NCBI RefSeq assembly: GCF_026210795.1
Contig: NC_089433.1
Coordinates: forward strand, 4,464,001 to 4,528,000
Length of the DNA: 64,000 bases
DNA from: Rhizophagus irregularis
Taxonomy: Eukaryota
Reading direction: 5' to 3'
Shown here: positions 13,561 to 26,725 of the stretch, in pieces
Layout of the letters: every line of letters begins with the position of its first letter
Numbering within the stretch: the first letter of the stretch is position 1
Notes under the pieces: generated by a model
Told to the model about the DNA's origin: nothing
The model's input: only the letters and a program-made list of their open reading frames with translations
Databases searched by the model: none
Made by a program: the position numbers and the translations under genes

Positions 13561-15144
13561 TGGTTGGAATATGAACATCAAGTAGATTGTTGTTGTCCAT
13601 TATGATCTGAGGAATTGAAAAGCAAAGTAAACCACCTTTTATATTCATCATCAAACGGTATTGCTGGAGAGATCCGGATTAGCAAAATATTTATTAACAT
13701 CATTGACATGCTAAATATATTAAGTATTTGCGTTATTGCGTTAAGTATTTAATTTAACGTAATGGTGCCATATTGATATTTGATTTGTTCTTGAACTCAC
13801 CGACTTTTTAAATCATGGCAAAACTTAGAACGTTGGGTTGCAAGTCTTCTTTTCGTAGAAATCCTACGTATTATATTTTTAACTCCGCCAACATAAAAGA
13901 TACGTTTCAGTTGTTATATGACCATTAGCTGGCATAGAAGTTATACATTTTTTTGTGACGAGTAAAACATTGTAAGAGGGAATAGTAATGATAATATACT
14001 GTATGTAAAAAAATAGAACGTTGTACTTACTAATACGCCAGCTGCAAGTGCGCATTATATTATAACACTTTAGGACATTTTTTGTTGATCAACGCCGGTT
14101 CGAATCTAGAGAAATAAAACATCAAAGCACAACCGATTTTTGATAAATTAGCTTTCACTGAAATGAGCCAAGCCTAACACATAAATTGACGTATGACCAT
14201 CTTCAAATCGTATTGGAATAATCAGACGTCTGGAGAAATCTTCGGATTGAAGCAGTCTTTCCTGTCCTGTATAATGTTAATATGGGGATGTTAGTTCGCA
14301 TATAAAGTAGTATTCGTTTTGATGTTTGTTGTAACCATGTGCTTTCACATTCTATAATCTCGGGTAATTACAAATAAACATGAATTCTATAAAACGTTTA
14401 TTCATTTATGTATTTTTTTTTTGTCTAAATTTGTCTAACATCATAATATCAAAAAAAAAAAATAATAAATAAAATATCGAAAATAAAAATCTAGTAATCT
14501 CTAATTTGACATGATTTTCTAATTCTTTTGTTATTTCACCATCTTCAGAATTTTTTTTTTGGAGCTAATACTATTAAGTGTAGAAACGATTTCGGAAATA
14601 TCTTTCAAATTCCCAACATCCTATTTAAAGATTAGATAGACTAATTCTGGCTCATTCTTGGATGTCGATCATTGGGCTGGGGTGTATCAATGATACAAAG
14701 GATCTTTTTAGTTTATTTATTTGTTTATTTAGCACTAGAAGAACACGAAGTAAAAGAGAAATCTAATCTAATAGAAAAGAGAACAATGTTGTGACACCCA
14801 GTCTTTATAACCCTCCAAGCCCCCAAAAAATGGGAAACCTTTTTGAGTTAGGTCACAAACTTAAAATCCAAAATTATATATTTGTATGCATCAATTGAAT
14901 CATGCAATGCTTTAAGATTGTTCTAACTCTCAGTTTCCGAATAAATCGAGCAATTTATAAGTTTATCAGTGTTTTTGTATCATTAAAAAGGTAATTTCTA
15001 AACCTAAAATTGGAAAACAATAACGTCTTTGCATTTACATATAATTTTTACTCCAAAATAAATGAATAAGTAAATAAAAAAAATTTAATAAATAATTCTT
15101 TATATAACATGCAAGTGAAAAAAAACAATTAACAATTTTTTAAA

Positions 15145-16110
15145 ATGAATTTATCAGATTATATTCGGTCAATCTTCTTTAAAGTCAATATTAATAATGA
15201 ACGACAAAGAACATTTGTTCTTAACCTATGTACAAAATTTTTGTCTTCAGATACCCGTTCTTTTGGAATTCAATCTAATGATCTTAGTCGTTTTGAAATT
15301 GATGAATTGTATAAATTAGTATTTCGATCAAATGATGTCAAAATGTATTTTTCTCCTAATTCTTTTATAACTTTTAACATAATTCAATATTCATTAGCGA
15401 GTATTTTACCAATTTGTAAAGTATGGTTTCAACCTTATGTTGAAAGTTTAAGGAGATTAGACAAAGAAAAAAGAAGAGAATGGAACCAAAATAGTAACAT
15501 GAATAATCAAGTAGATAATATGAAGAATGATTTAATTAATAATATTGGTCAAATTTTACCTGGTTTTAATTATCTTATTGATTTCAATTGGGATGTTTAT
15601 GAGAATCATCGACATCATGAAGTTGGTGATTTGGTTTTTGGATCAGATTATGGTGTTATTATTGTTATTGAAACTAAGTGGTTTAATACTGATACTTTAA
15701 GCAAAGCGCAAGTAAACGCTAGAAAAAAAGCTAGAAACCGAGTTAGAAAGTATAGAGGATACGCGCAAGAAAAATTTATTGCAGTAAAAGCAATTGGGGC
15801 TGTTTTTACAAATGATACAGGAAATTCCATTCAGTTTGTAGATGATCAAGATGCGGGAATCGCCAAAATTATTGAAATTCATACTCAATATCTTTATAAT
15901 TTCGACCGTGGTAGGATTTCATTAGTTAATCTGTGTTTAATCTTTTTTTTTGTTTTCGTAAACTAATGATTTTTTTATAAAATTCTAGAAGAATGGGAAG
16001 AAAGTCCAGAAAAACGGGGAATATTAAAAACCATTCTATATTATATTATAATAGTATTATTAGTCATTGTTGCTGTAATTGTAGGTTTAGCTATTTTAAC
16101 CGTTCCATAA
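15145..16110 (+). CDS. PD-(D/E)XK nuclease-like protein with C-terminal transmembrane anchor, copy 1; exons 15145-15910 and 15989-16110
   Basis: VGDLVF...IVIETKW fits the D...ExK core. Exon 2 encodes ...KRGILKTILYYIIIVLLVIVAVIVGLAILTVP*. Confidence 0.75.
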
Positions 16111-18527
16111 TCAAATTACTATTTTAAAGCACCATTAATGTATTTATACATTTGAAATGTTTATCTAATAATACTTTTGACACAATGATAAAGATCTTTT
16201 ATGACAAATTAAAGATTCAATATTTTGATATTTTAAATTAGTTTCTACGCACTCGCGCAAAATGCAGGATGTGATAAAATGGAAAAAAAATCTGTTCCTA
16301 GAGTAAACAGTAAAAATGAAAAATGAAAGGTGTGATGCATTGTAGTGATTACCAATATATTATCTCTAATCTAAACTTATTCAACTTATTCAAGCATAAC
16401 TCCGCAGCAAAACAAGTTTTGTGTTGGACGTGTAAATTAAAAATTTTTTTTTTTGACTCCTTATTAAGGAAAATCATTCGATTTTTCGTCAGGAGAATTT
16501 TATATCACATGTAGTTTACTTAGACGACGTTAATAGCCAAACTATTTTATTCGTTATTCGTATTACCCGCCATTCCGCAATTGATCCATTTGCGTCATTT
16601 TTTCTTGAAAAATTGAAATTCAAGTTATAATCAAATTATCTAATCATGAGTCCTATAAATGTCATTGATTTCCATGTTATCAATATCATGTAAAAAATCA
16701 TGTCTTGCAAAATTCGGATGACATTCTGATGAAGTGCAGAAATTTTTTAAGCATAAAGAAAAAGTTTTACAATCTTTTTTTTCCATACAACCCGTATTAA
16801 TATATATTTTGTTGAACAGGCCAAATACAAATTATGTACATACGACAAAAATTTTTAAGCCAATGATAATGTTTTTGTTTTCTAATAATTTAAAATACTT
16901 CATAACCATTCATAGAAAATTTCCTCACTTCTTCGTAAAAGTATAACTTAGGATAATTTTTATAAATTTCTAATGAACCCTACCACAAATTTTGGACCAT
17001 GTTTTGGACCATTTCCTATTGCGTGATTCACATTATTTAAAAATAAAATTAATAAAATATTTCTTACTAAGTTTTAAATGAAATATAAAACTATGACTGT
17101 CTTTACTATAACTATCAGATGGCAATAATATTATATCCACCTTCCGTTTCTTTTACTTTAATAATAGTAATAATAATTAGTTTATTATCACATAATGTAA
17201 CTTTTTAGCATTGTCCATCTCGGCTTCATCAATTCCATCAATATTAATATTTCTGGGAATTGAAATATATAATTAATCGGTTCAATTTTGGGATTCAAAT
17301 TAATAGTAAGTCTTTGTGAAGTTGATACTTTAAAAATTTTTATATGGATAAATGTTTTTAAGAATTCTCGAGAAAATAAACTAAAAATCCGACAATTTTG
17401 TAAAGTATTTAACAATAACACGTGAAATACTGTGATTTGACCCTTAATATCAAGTGCAAACTTTGTTAGGGTGATTGATATGTTTATGCATGGCATTGTA
17501 AAGCAATTTACAGGATAGTTAACTAGAGAATGTCTCAAATATAACTTAAGAAACATGCATATTATCTTGAAAGACTTCCTATACGACAAGAAAAAATGGC
17601 ATACTATGATAGCTCCTTTTCATTCTTAGTGATAATGGATATCAATACTCTTATTTCATTAGCCTAACGTTCTACGTGGTTATTTAACAGTATATCTCAC
17701 ATTCCTGTAGCATCTACTATTTAAAGAACAACTTCAACTTTTTATTGAATGTTAAAAGAAAAAAGAAAGACATATCACATATCGCTCAAAATAAATAATA
17801 TATTAATATTAATAAAATTCTACCTTACTTAATTATCATGTTGCGGCCCTATATTTAAAATCCCATTATACTTTGTTCCATAATAACGATAACAACTCTT
17901 TCGCAAGTCGATTTTTTTTTTATTAAAAGGAGCGAAAATTTTCTAGCTTTAAAAAATAAGGTTCAGATTTTAAAAAATTTAAATTGACGTATAATATATT
18001 CGAAAGATTTAAAAGCTTTGGCTCATAAAATTAGAATGATAAATTAACAATATCAATGATAAATTCAATGTCAATTTGATTCTTTCTTTATGACGTAATT
18101 CTATTACTTAACGCTTTACTGTATGTAAAATATTTAACCGAGCGTGATTTTAGAGTTAGCTAAAAACAGTTTCTTTACTTTTATTAATTCTTTATAATAT
18201 TAACTTTGAAATGTGAGACTACGCACGTTGTAAATATGTTTTTTTAACCGTATTTAATAAAGTAAATAGTTGTGCAGTACATAATATAAAAAGTAGTCAC
18301 GAACATTCTCAGTAAATTTGTTATTTAACTATTTAATCATATAATGAGATAATAAATAAAATAATAAAATAAAAAATATTTAATATAATGGTAAATTATA
18401 TAATAAAATAAAATAAATTTTTTTAGTAATCTGAATTTAATTCGTCAACATCAACACTTCTAAATTTCTTTAATACTCAGGTGTTGCTTATTTCTATACG
18501 TATATGTTAAAACATTTGTGTTTTCTT

Positions 18528-20089
18528 TCAAGAATTCTGGGGTAGTGATGTTACTGATGTATTTGGTAATGTTGGAAGAGCGATAATTTCATCTCCAAAA
18601 TCTGTTTATTTTAAAATAAAGTCAACCTTTTATAAAATCGATTAATAATTAATATTTAGTTTACCTCTTATAAAATCATCATTATTAATTGATGTTGGGA
18701 GCGAAAGATTACTCTTCCCAGAATCTTCTACAAAAATTTAGAATAATACTATTTAAATTATAAGATCAAATTTAACAAAATAGTTTATAAAAATATATTA
18801 CCTAAAGTTGATCGAGAAAGATGTTCTTTAACACTTTGAAACGACAAGAATCGACTTGTATAACAAGTACCAGGATGATTACCGATTAGATTCATAATTT
18901 TAAGAAGACAAACCTTTTTCCTGTGCGAATTTTCTAAGAAAGGTTGGTTCGGACCTTCCTTTAGCATTGTAATAATTTGTTCAGCTGTTGGACGGTTTGT
19001 TGGATCTGAATCCCAACATTTTTCCATCAATTCTTTAATATAATTAGGAATACTTAACTGAGGAGGAATTTCTGGACGAAGACCTCTTACTATAATTTCA
19101 AGAATTAAATTTGCATCATGGCATCTGTTATTATAAGGTTCTTCAAGTGAATATAATACCCAAATAATAATTCCTAAACTATAAATATCTGACGCTTGTG
19201 TATATGGTTTCCCAAGAAATATTTCGGGTGCAACATATGGAATAACACCATAAATTCCTGATGATTTGATTGATGATGATATATTTGCAGGTTGGCTTAA
19301 TCCAAAATCACTTATACAGATTGGCATTTGATGCTGATTTCTTAATAAAATATTGCCTATATGCAAATCACAATGAACTAAACCAGAGCTATGTATTATC
19401 TTAAGTCCTTGAGCAATATCGAATATAATTCTTTTATTGGTACTAAATTTGTAATAATCATTATCTCTAAAGTTATAATTTGTAAATTCTACAGGTTCCA
19501 TGATATTTTTTTTTAAATCTCCTTTATCAGCATATTCAGTTACCATTATGAAATTTTGAGTAATTGAATCATACGAAATTCCATAAAATCTAGTTAAAAA
19601 AGAAGTATCACAATTTTTTCTATTTGATTCCATAGTCTGAATGTAATTTTTAACCTACAATTATAATACAAAAGTGAGTTATTAATATAATAAATCTCGT
19701 AATTTAAATGTAGTATTATGAGATACCTCATTAAGAAAATCAACGGTTATATTTTGAGAATCATATAATTTCTTTAAGACAACATAAGCTCCTTTCCATT
19801 TAGCTTTATAAATTTCTCCAAATCCACCTTTTGCTAAATATGTAATTTCACTAAATTGGTTATAGGGTATCCATTTTAAAACTTCATTTGGTTTATTACA
19901 TTCTTTAATAAAATCATCTACAATCTTATTTCCACTTGACCAATTCGACCAATTCGGATTTTCGCATTCATTACATAATAGTAGTTTTATGGTTTTACAA
20001 TATCCACAAATAGACGGAGAGTATTTATTAGATTGAACCTTACAATACTCACACCATCCAATTACTCTACAATTTTTACATGTTTCCAT
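18528..20089 (-). CDS. TKL-type protein kinase with Cys-rich N-terminus, copy 2 (four exons, paralog of 9013-10596)
   Basis: Same kinase motifs and intron positions as copy 1; last exon DFGDEIIALPTLPNTSVTSLPQNS* ends at 18528. Confidence 0.93.
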
Positions 20090-21104
20090 TGATTTTTTGT
20101 TTATAATTAAAAGAAAAGGGTTAATAAATTGTAGGATTATTGGACAAAATATATAAGCATTACATCATTAGGGAGAAAACACTCCGTTATCGTTTCACAC
20201 AATAACGAATTTGAAAATCCATCCGTTAAGACTTACTGTAAATAGTCAAAATTGCCATTATGCAAACGTGATTTATAGTAACACTTGCCTGACATTAAGT
20301 TACACATTAAATTAATACTTTATTTTTTAGACGATTTAGTTACAATTTGGCGTTCAAATGCTTTACAGTTGAGTTGACTTTACAAGGCGATGGACATTAT
20401 TAATTAAAAATGATATTTTTTTTTGAATCAATTTTTTGAATTTATTTTTTATTTTTTTTTTTAAATTTGATCGTTTCAATCGCAAAAGATTGTGGATAAG
20501 CTGCAAAAAGTTAAGATGATGATACTTAATATTAATTAATTTTTAACATACGTTAAATACTTGAAATAAATTTATAATCCATAATGATAAAACTTAATGT
20601 ATAAAAATATTAATTATTTTTTGAAAGTTTTGCTTGCGCAATTTGCGTAATTTAAATATATTAATATATTAATTTAATTTAACTTTTTGTATAATAATTT
20701 TTTAAATAATTATTAAGTGGCACCAGATAACATGAAATATCAATAATGATAATAAATTCTTGTTTCTTGTAATATACTATACTTTTGTGTACATCCATGC
20801 TTAAAATAGAATCAGGAAAAAAATATTTACCGGCTTTTCATACTGGATCTGCTCTGATTTTTAGATTTCCGAATAAATCGAGCAATTTTTACGTTTATCA
20901 GTGTTTTGTATCATGAAAAAGGTAATTTCTAAATCTAAAGTTGGGAGACAAAGACAGCTTTGCATTTACATATGATTTTTACTCTATAAAAAAAAATAAA
21001 CAAAAAAAAAAAAAATTAAATAAAAATTCTTTATATATATACCACATGCATAACATGTAAATGAAAAAAAAATTTTTATCAATTTTTTTTAAAACTTTCG
21101 AATA

Positions 21105-22053
21105 ATGTCATTCTTCTATGGAGTTGATGTTGACGATGAACAACAAAGAATATTTGTTCTTGACATATGCACAGAAATTTTATCTTCTTCCACGGATACC
21201 TATAATTGTTTTGACATTTCTAAATATAAAGGTCTTTATATTGATAAGCTGCTTAAATTAGTATTTCAATCGAATGATGTTAACGCACATCTTCTTCATC
21301 ATTCACTTGTTCGTGTTGACTTTAATGAAAATACATTAGCGAATGTTTTAAAAATTTGTAAAGTATGGTTTCAACCTTATGTTAGAAATTTAAAGAGAAC
21401 AGACAGAGAGAAAAGAAGAGAATGGGATCAGAATAAAAATATTTATCATCCAGAAGAAAAAATGAAGAATTATTTAATTAATAATATTGACAAAATTTTC
21501 CCCGGTTTCAATTATCTTGTTGATTTCGAATGGTGTGTTAATGAAGATTATCTTCATTATGGAATCGGTGATTTGATTTTTGGATCAGATTATGGTGTTT
21601 ATATTGTTATTGAAACTAAGTGGCTTAATACTAATACTGGAAAAACTGCCCAAGTATCTAGAAATATCGCTAGAAATAAAGTTAAATACCAATCTATAAC
21701 ATATAAAAAATATGCGCAAGAAAAATTTGCGCTAAAAGTAATTGGAGCTTCAGTTACGAATGATGAAGAAAACGCTATTCAGTTTGTAGATAATCAAGAT
21801 GAAAGAATCGCCTCAATTATTAAATATTATCATTCTGGTAAGAAGTATTTCATTAATTAATCTTTTTATCTAATATTTATATTAATCTTTTTTTTTTTAA
21901 TAAACTTTATTAGAATGGGGGACATTTAAAACTATTCTATATTATGTCATAATTTTTCCAATAAAATTAGTCGTTACTGTAATTGGTGTAATAATATTTT
22001 CAGCAATTATTACTGTACTTATAGGATCAATTATGAAAAATACCATTAAATAA
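21105..22053 (+). CDS. PD-(D/E)XK nuclease-like protein with C-terminal transmembrane anchor, copy 2; exons 21105-21837 and 21914-22053
   Basis: FEW...GIGDLIF...IVIETKW...KVKYQSITY gives E, D, ExK and QxxxY motifs. Exon 2 encodes EWGTFKTILYYVIIFPIKLVVTVIGVIIFSAIITVLIGSIMKNTIK*. Confidence 0.78.
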
Positions 22054-23310
22054 TTTTTTGACGGATTAAGAAATAATATTTTATTATTTTAAATTTAGGT
22101 TTTTATTTTCTACGCACCCGCGTGAATGCAGGGTGTGCTATATATATAATGAAATAAATAAATAGCACTTTTTTTAAAAAAAAAAAATTGATAAAACAGA
22201 TGGGAGTGATAAACCTAAAACTAAATTCCGTCTACGATCATAACTTCGTAAATCTTTTAAATCTTTGAAAAAAAAAAAATTTTTTTTTTTCGCAATTACA
22301 ATGTACATCGATAAGTTTCATCCTGAAAACGGTTGCTTGGTCGACGGTTATTATTAAACATATTTAGCTTGTCATTCGTATTACCATTCCGCAGTGATCC
22401 ATCTGCGTCATATCCCAAATTATCTTAATCGCGAATCCTATAAATGTCATTAAATTAAAATTTTAGAAAAATATTCACACGTTATCCATGCCAAATACAT
22501 TCATCGATGAAAAAAAATCATGCCTTTTAAAATTTGCATTGCAAAATGTACAATCGTATGTATTATACAATATTTAGAAAATATTTATTGAATAGTTGTG
22601 TCGCTAAGAATTATAAATTATGTATATACGACACAAAATTTTAAGCCAGGTAGAATAAAAAGAATATGAAGTATTTCAATTGTTAGAAAATAATCTTCCA
22701 TAGAAAATCTGTCATCCCCATTTCTTAATTTTTTTTCGCAGGAAGTATTTACATTTTACATACAAAAACCTATAATAATTTTTATGAACTGAACATCTAA
22801 AACTTATCGCAAAATTTTGTTTAAATCATGTGACCAATTTTTTTTGGATCATTTGCTATTGCGCGGTCCGTATCTTTTACATCGTTTAGAATTATATCGC
22901 TAAGAAAATTATTTTTACTTTTTAATAAATAATAAAATACAACTATTCAATTGCTCAAGAGTTTTTTTATTAGTAATCAAATATATTAAATTTTAAAAGA
23001 AAGTATAATGAAGCATGCATTTAGCGCTAACAACTATCTTTAGTTTTACTTCAGATGACAAATTCAGTATTATTTTAGATGTCTTTTTTTATTTTTATAA
23101 CAGCAATTAGAATTATATTGTGTTATTTTTTTTTTTTAAGAAAATAAATCCAAAATAAACGCTTATTTTATTTGTCATTGATCAATAAATGGCATTATTA
23201 TGATTCAAAAAAAAGAAAAAGCAATCAAATTAACCTATTAAATCCCGGTTTCAATTTTTCTTATTTAACTTATTATACATAATAATATTTATTTATAATT
23301 TTACATGATA

Positions 23311-23522
23311 TATGGATGGGAAAAGTTCGCTGTTGAACGGTTCAAGACGGCTCGTTCCTGTTCGGTTCAGTACTTTCGGTTCCAATAAATTATTGATATG
23401 AACCGACTCAGTTTTGGACCGAACTAACCAAATCATATTGTGGAATCGGGACCGGTTTATCCATTCGAAACGGTTCACTCAATAGTATCGTTTCAGAACC
23501 GGAACGGATCGAGCGAGCCCTA
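23311..23522. mobile_element. Degenerate hAT-like MITE
   Basis: GC-richer ~210-bp island with repeated GAACCG/CGGTTC motifs in both orientations, ending in GCCCTA; left end eroded. Confidence 0.45.
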
Positions 23523-24218
23523 ATTATATATTAAAAGTTACGACTCCGTTAAATTCCATTTTAATAAAAAAAAAATTAGTTTTTTAAAGATTAAAGCACC
23601 TTATTTGTGCATGACATTTTAGTATATTAAAAAAATACAAAGGGTCAAGAGCAAACTACAGTTTTATCGTTTTCGTAGTTTCGTTAAACGTTAAATAGAA
23701 CGATCGGCTAAACGATTTTCCATTTCATAAATCTCAGATTTCGAGAATAGATACACAATTTAATGTGCGCACAAAATTTAATTAATTCATGTTCCGTACC
23801 GTTACAATGTGTTTTATTAACAATGTAGAAACTGATATCCTATAATAAAAGCATGCCTTCTATTAATCCTAGTTGTTACCATCAGGTGCAGAGGTGCTAT
23901 ATGAGACTTTTTCAGGGTCATACTATACATTATTTTTTTGTACGTAAAAACAAAATTATTACTTCTTTGAATTTGACAATCTATTATAATAATAATTATT
24001 ATCTTATATATTTATATGTGGATTAGTATTTTTCATAGAGATTAGGGACAAGTTGATCTAAAATTTATTTTTTGGGTGAAACTACTTCTTTACAGTAAAA
24101 TTTTTCGGCTTAATTATTAGAGTTTTCTTTATTTCTTAATTTATCACAAAGTAAAAATATAACATGTTAGTTATAATACTGTATTATTTTCTGACAAAAT
24201 AAATTCTTATGTTATAAG

Positions 24219-24385
24219 GGATATATTAATTTTCGCCCCAGGTTCCCATTGGAACCGACATGGAATTAGCTCGGATTTCATATAATGACGGCAGAAGACA
24301 TGATTACAAATGATTATAAATCAAAAAAATTCCAGATGTTGATCAATCGATCAATGGAACTAGGGGGCTAAAATTAGTATTATCC
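24219..24385. mobile_element. MITE, copy 1 of the GCCCC...GGGC family
   Basis: Imperfect inverted ends ggatatattaattttcgccccaggttcccattg / caatggaactagggggctaaaattagtattatcc. A near-identical core recurs at 27889-28050. Confidence 0.65.
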
Positions 24386-24429
24386 ACGTGAATTTTTTAA
24401 GAGAATGAAAAAAAAATAGGTTAATCGTC

Positions 24430-24581
24430 TAGGTATTACTAAAATTAACAAGTGGTGATGCTCACCATACCAGCATTATGATGTACTTTGGCCAGAATTA
24501 AAATCTAAAATACTGGCCGGTATTACATCATAAATTCACCACTGGTGACCGTCACCGCTGGTGATATTTAGTAATACCCTA
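24430..24581. mobile_element. Short hAT-like palindromic MITE
   Basis: taggtattactaaa ... tttagtaatacccta termini, plus internal inverted matches (tggtga/tcacca, atgatgta/tacatcat, ggccag/ctggcc). TSD not retained. Confidence 0.6.
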
Positions 24582-25768
24582 AAAAATTGCAATATTGAAA
24601 ATCATTTTTTTTTTTTATTTTGTGTAAATTTTGACCGATCATTGAAATTAACGAACGAAAATTCTTCAAACGAACGAATGGCGTAACATCTTCAAACGCT
24701 TAAATATATTATACTATATATTACAATTAATAAAAAATTTATATTTGCTTTTTTTTTAAAAAAAAAAAATGATAGCGGGTTCGAGAAAGTTGAAACGAAA
24801 AATGGACTAAATTAATTAATCATCATTTACGTAATTGCATGGACCATTCATAACGATTTGTAGAAACTTTTTTTTTTATTTGTTTAAATTAACAACTTTT
24901 TGGGCGATAAAAAAAAATTTTTTTTTCCTTTTCAACTATAATATAAATCTGTTGCCAAACCTAAAAGTCTCGATATAGTAACGAAAATTAAAAAAGGGAT
25001 AATTTTTTTTTTAAAAAATTTATTCCCAGATGAACATAGAGAAAAAAACCAATAAAATTTATAGGATATACATTACATTAAAGAAAATTTGGAAATTATA
25101 TCAGAAATGGTTCCGACAAAAAAAAATATTAACTATGACTTAAAGTTCAATTTCGGACCGAATTTGATCAATTATACTTTATGTACTACTTAATTGTTTG
25201 TTTCACGCAATCGGTGATACCTTAAAAAATCATAATTAATTTGCGGAATCGTGTAAAAATAGTAACGAATGTCGATGATTTACAAAAAGTAATAATAATA
25301 ATAATAAACCTGTAATTATGTATCCATTTTCTGTAAATTGAAAAATGTTTATAAATTTCATGAAATTTGTCAGACATTTTTTTTTAAAATAGGTTTCCGT
25401 TTTTAATAGGGGATTCTCCTCTTTAAATATTGTCAGCTAAAATTACATAAACCATTTCCCTAATCCAGTTTCTGAACACAAACCGGATTTTCTTTATCTT
25501 TATGAAACTCTATATAAAATTAACCAATTAAAATCCCGATTTTTTGATTGTAATTCCGAAATAGTCTCAAATTTTAAAAAAAATTGCCTATTTGTTATTA
25601 ATACTTTGATCGACAAAAACTAATGCGTTTCATTAATTTAATAAAATGCATGCAGTAACTTTATTAAGATTTTCACAAATATAAGAAAATATATAAAGGT
25701 CACATCTTTTATCCTGCTAAACAAAAACTTCCAATTTTTATTTGTTGAGCAAATATAAAATAATATCA

Positions 25769-26725
25769 ATGGTTGAAGAAGATTCATTAACAAAATTACT
25801 TCAATCATTACAAGATCCCGCACCTCAGTACGTATTAGGTTGCGTACCGGCTATAGCAACAATAGGAGCAGCACCAGATAACGGGTTAACAAATAAATTA
25901 TTATGGATATTACGATGTCTTGGTTGTCCATTTACCGGATTATTTTATACCTGCAACATAGGTAGTGACCCAATAGCAATGAGTACATACTGGCTCACAT
26001 CGGACCATTTTATGAAAGACGGATATAAAATTCCCTACAGACCTTTTGGTCATTATACTATGAAAATAGCGATAGATGAACAGGATAATACTGTTGTTAA
26101 ATTACTCAAGGAATGTATAGCGGAAGCATCTGTGCTAGACAGATTATCGTCATTGGCATCCGCGTACTATATATTTCTCGGTATATTTTCAGGAATAACT
26201 AAGGCGATACGTATAGGACAATGCACTGGAGAGGATTGGCCATATCTACCACTGGCATTAGCCTGGACATTTCCAGCAATTTATAGGAGGGTATCTAGAG
26301 GGAGAATGGTAGTCAACGACCCTAGACAAGTATTAGGAAACATGTATTTAGTTGTAAAAGACCTCCCACACAATGAGAGAAGTTCTCAAGATGCTCAAGT
26401 TATAATCACTTTTGTTTTATTCTCAGTGATCATCCCTTGGATGTCAGTACTTCTTGCCTATTTCACCCGTCCAGTGGGATATGGCTGTCGAGCCAAATAT
26501 CTCACAGTATTGTCTTCTATTTGGTCATTTAACAGTTTTATCGCATACATTTCCCATATTTCAGGAGAAAAATTCGTAGGGGGCAATAGATACGTTAATG
26601 GATGGTTTTGCCTTTGTGGTGTTATAATATCTATACTTTTAATTTTACTAGGTCTGCTAAGTCATACAAAATCTTGGTGGGGAGATCTATTTGGAGAAAA
26701 ATGTAGTGTTACATGTATTAATTAA
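25769..26725 (+). CDS. Intronless multi-pass membrane protein of unknown function (~318 aa)
   Basis: Long uninterrupted ORF in AT-rich DNA; first ATG at 25769 (MVEEDS...). About 5-6 hydrophobic segments and several Cys; no recognised domain. Confidence 0.8.
   Translation: MVEEDSLTKLLQSLQDPAPQYVLGCVPAIATIGAAPDNGLTNKLLWILRCLGCPFTGLFYTCNIGSDPIAMSTYWLTSDHFMKDGYKIPYRPFGHYTMKIAIDEQDNTVVKLLKECIAEASVLDRLSSLASAYYIFLGIFSGITKAIRIGQCTGEDWPYLPLALAWTFPAIYRRVSRGRMVVNDPRQVLGNMYLVVKDLPHNERSSQDAQVIITFVLFSVIIPWMSVLLAYFTRPVGYGCRAKYLTVLSSIWSFNSFIAYISHISGEKFVGGNRYVNGWFCLCGVIISILLILLGLLSHTKSWWGDLFGEKCSVTCIN

Noticed and set aside
17188..17589. 133-aa ORF
   Set aside because: Non-ATG start and no recognisable motif; possibly a decayed gene but not supportable.
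22108..22145. GC-rich hairpin after the nuclease-like genes (also ~16245) as a Helitron 3' end
   Set aside because: No clean CTAG terminus, and similarity between the duplicates continues ~700 bp beyond it.
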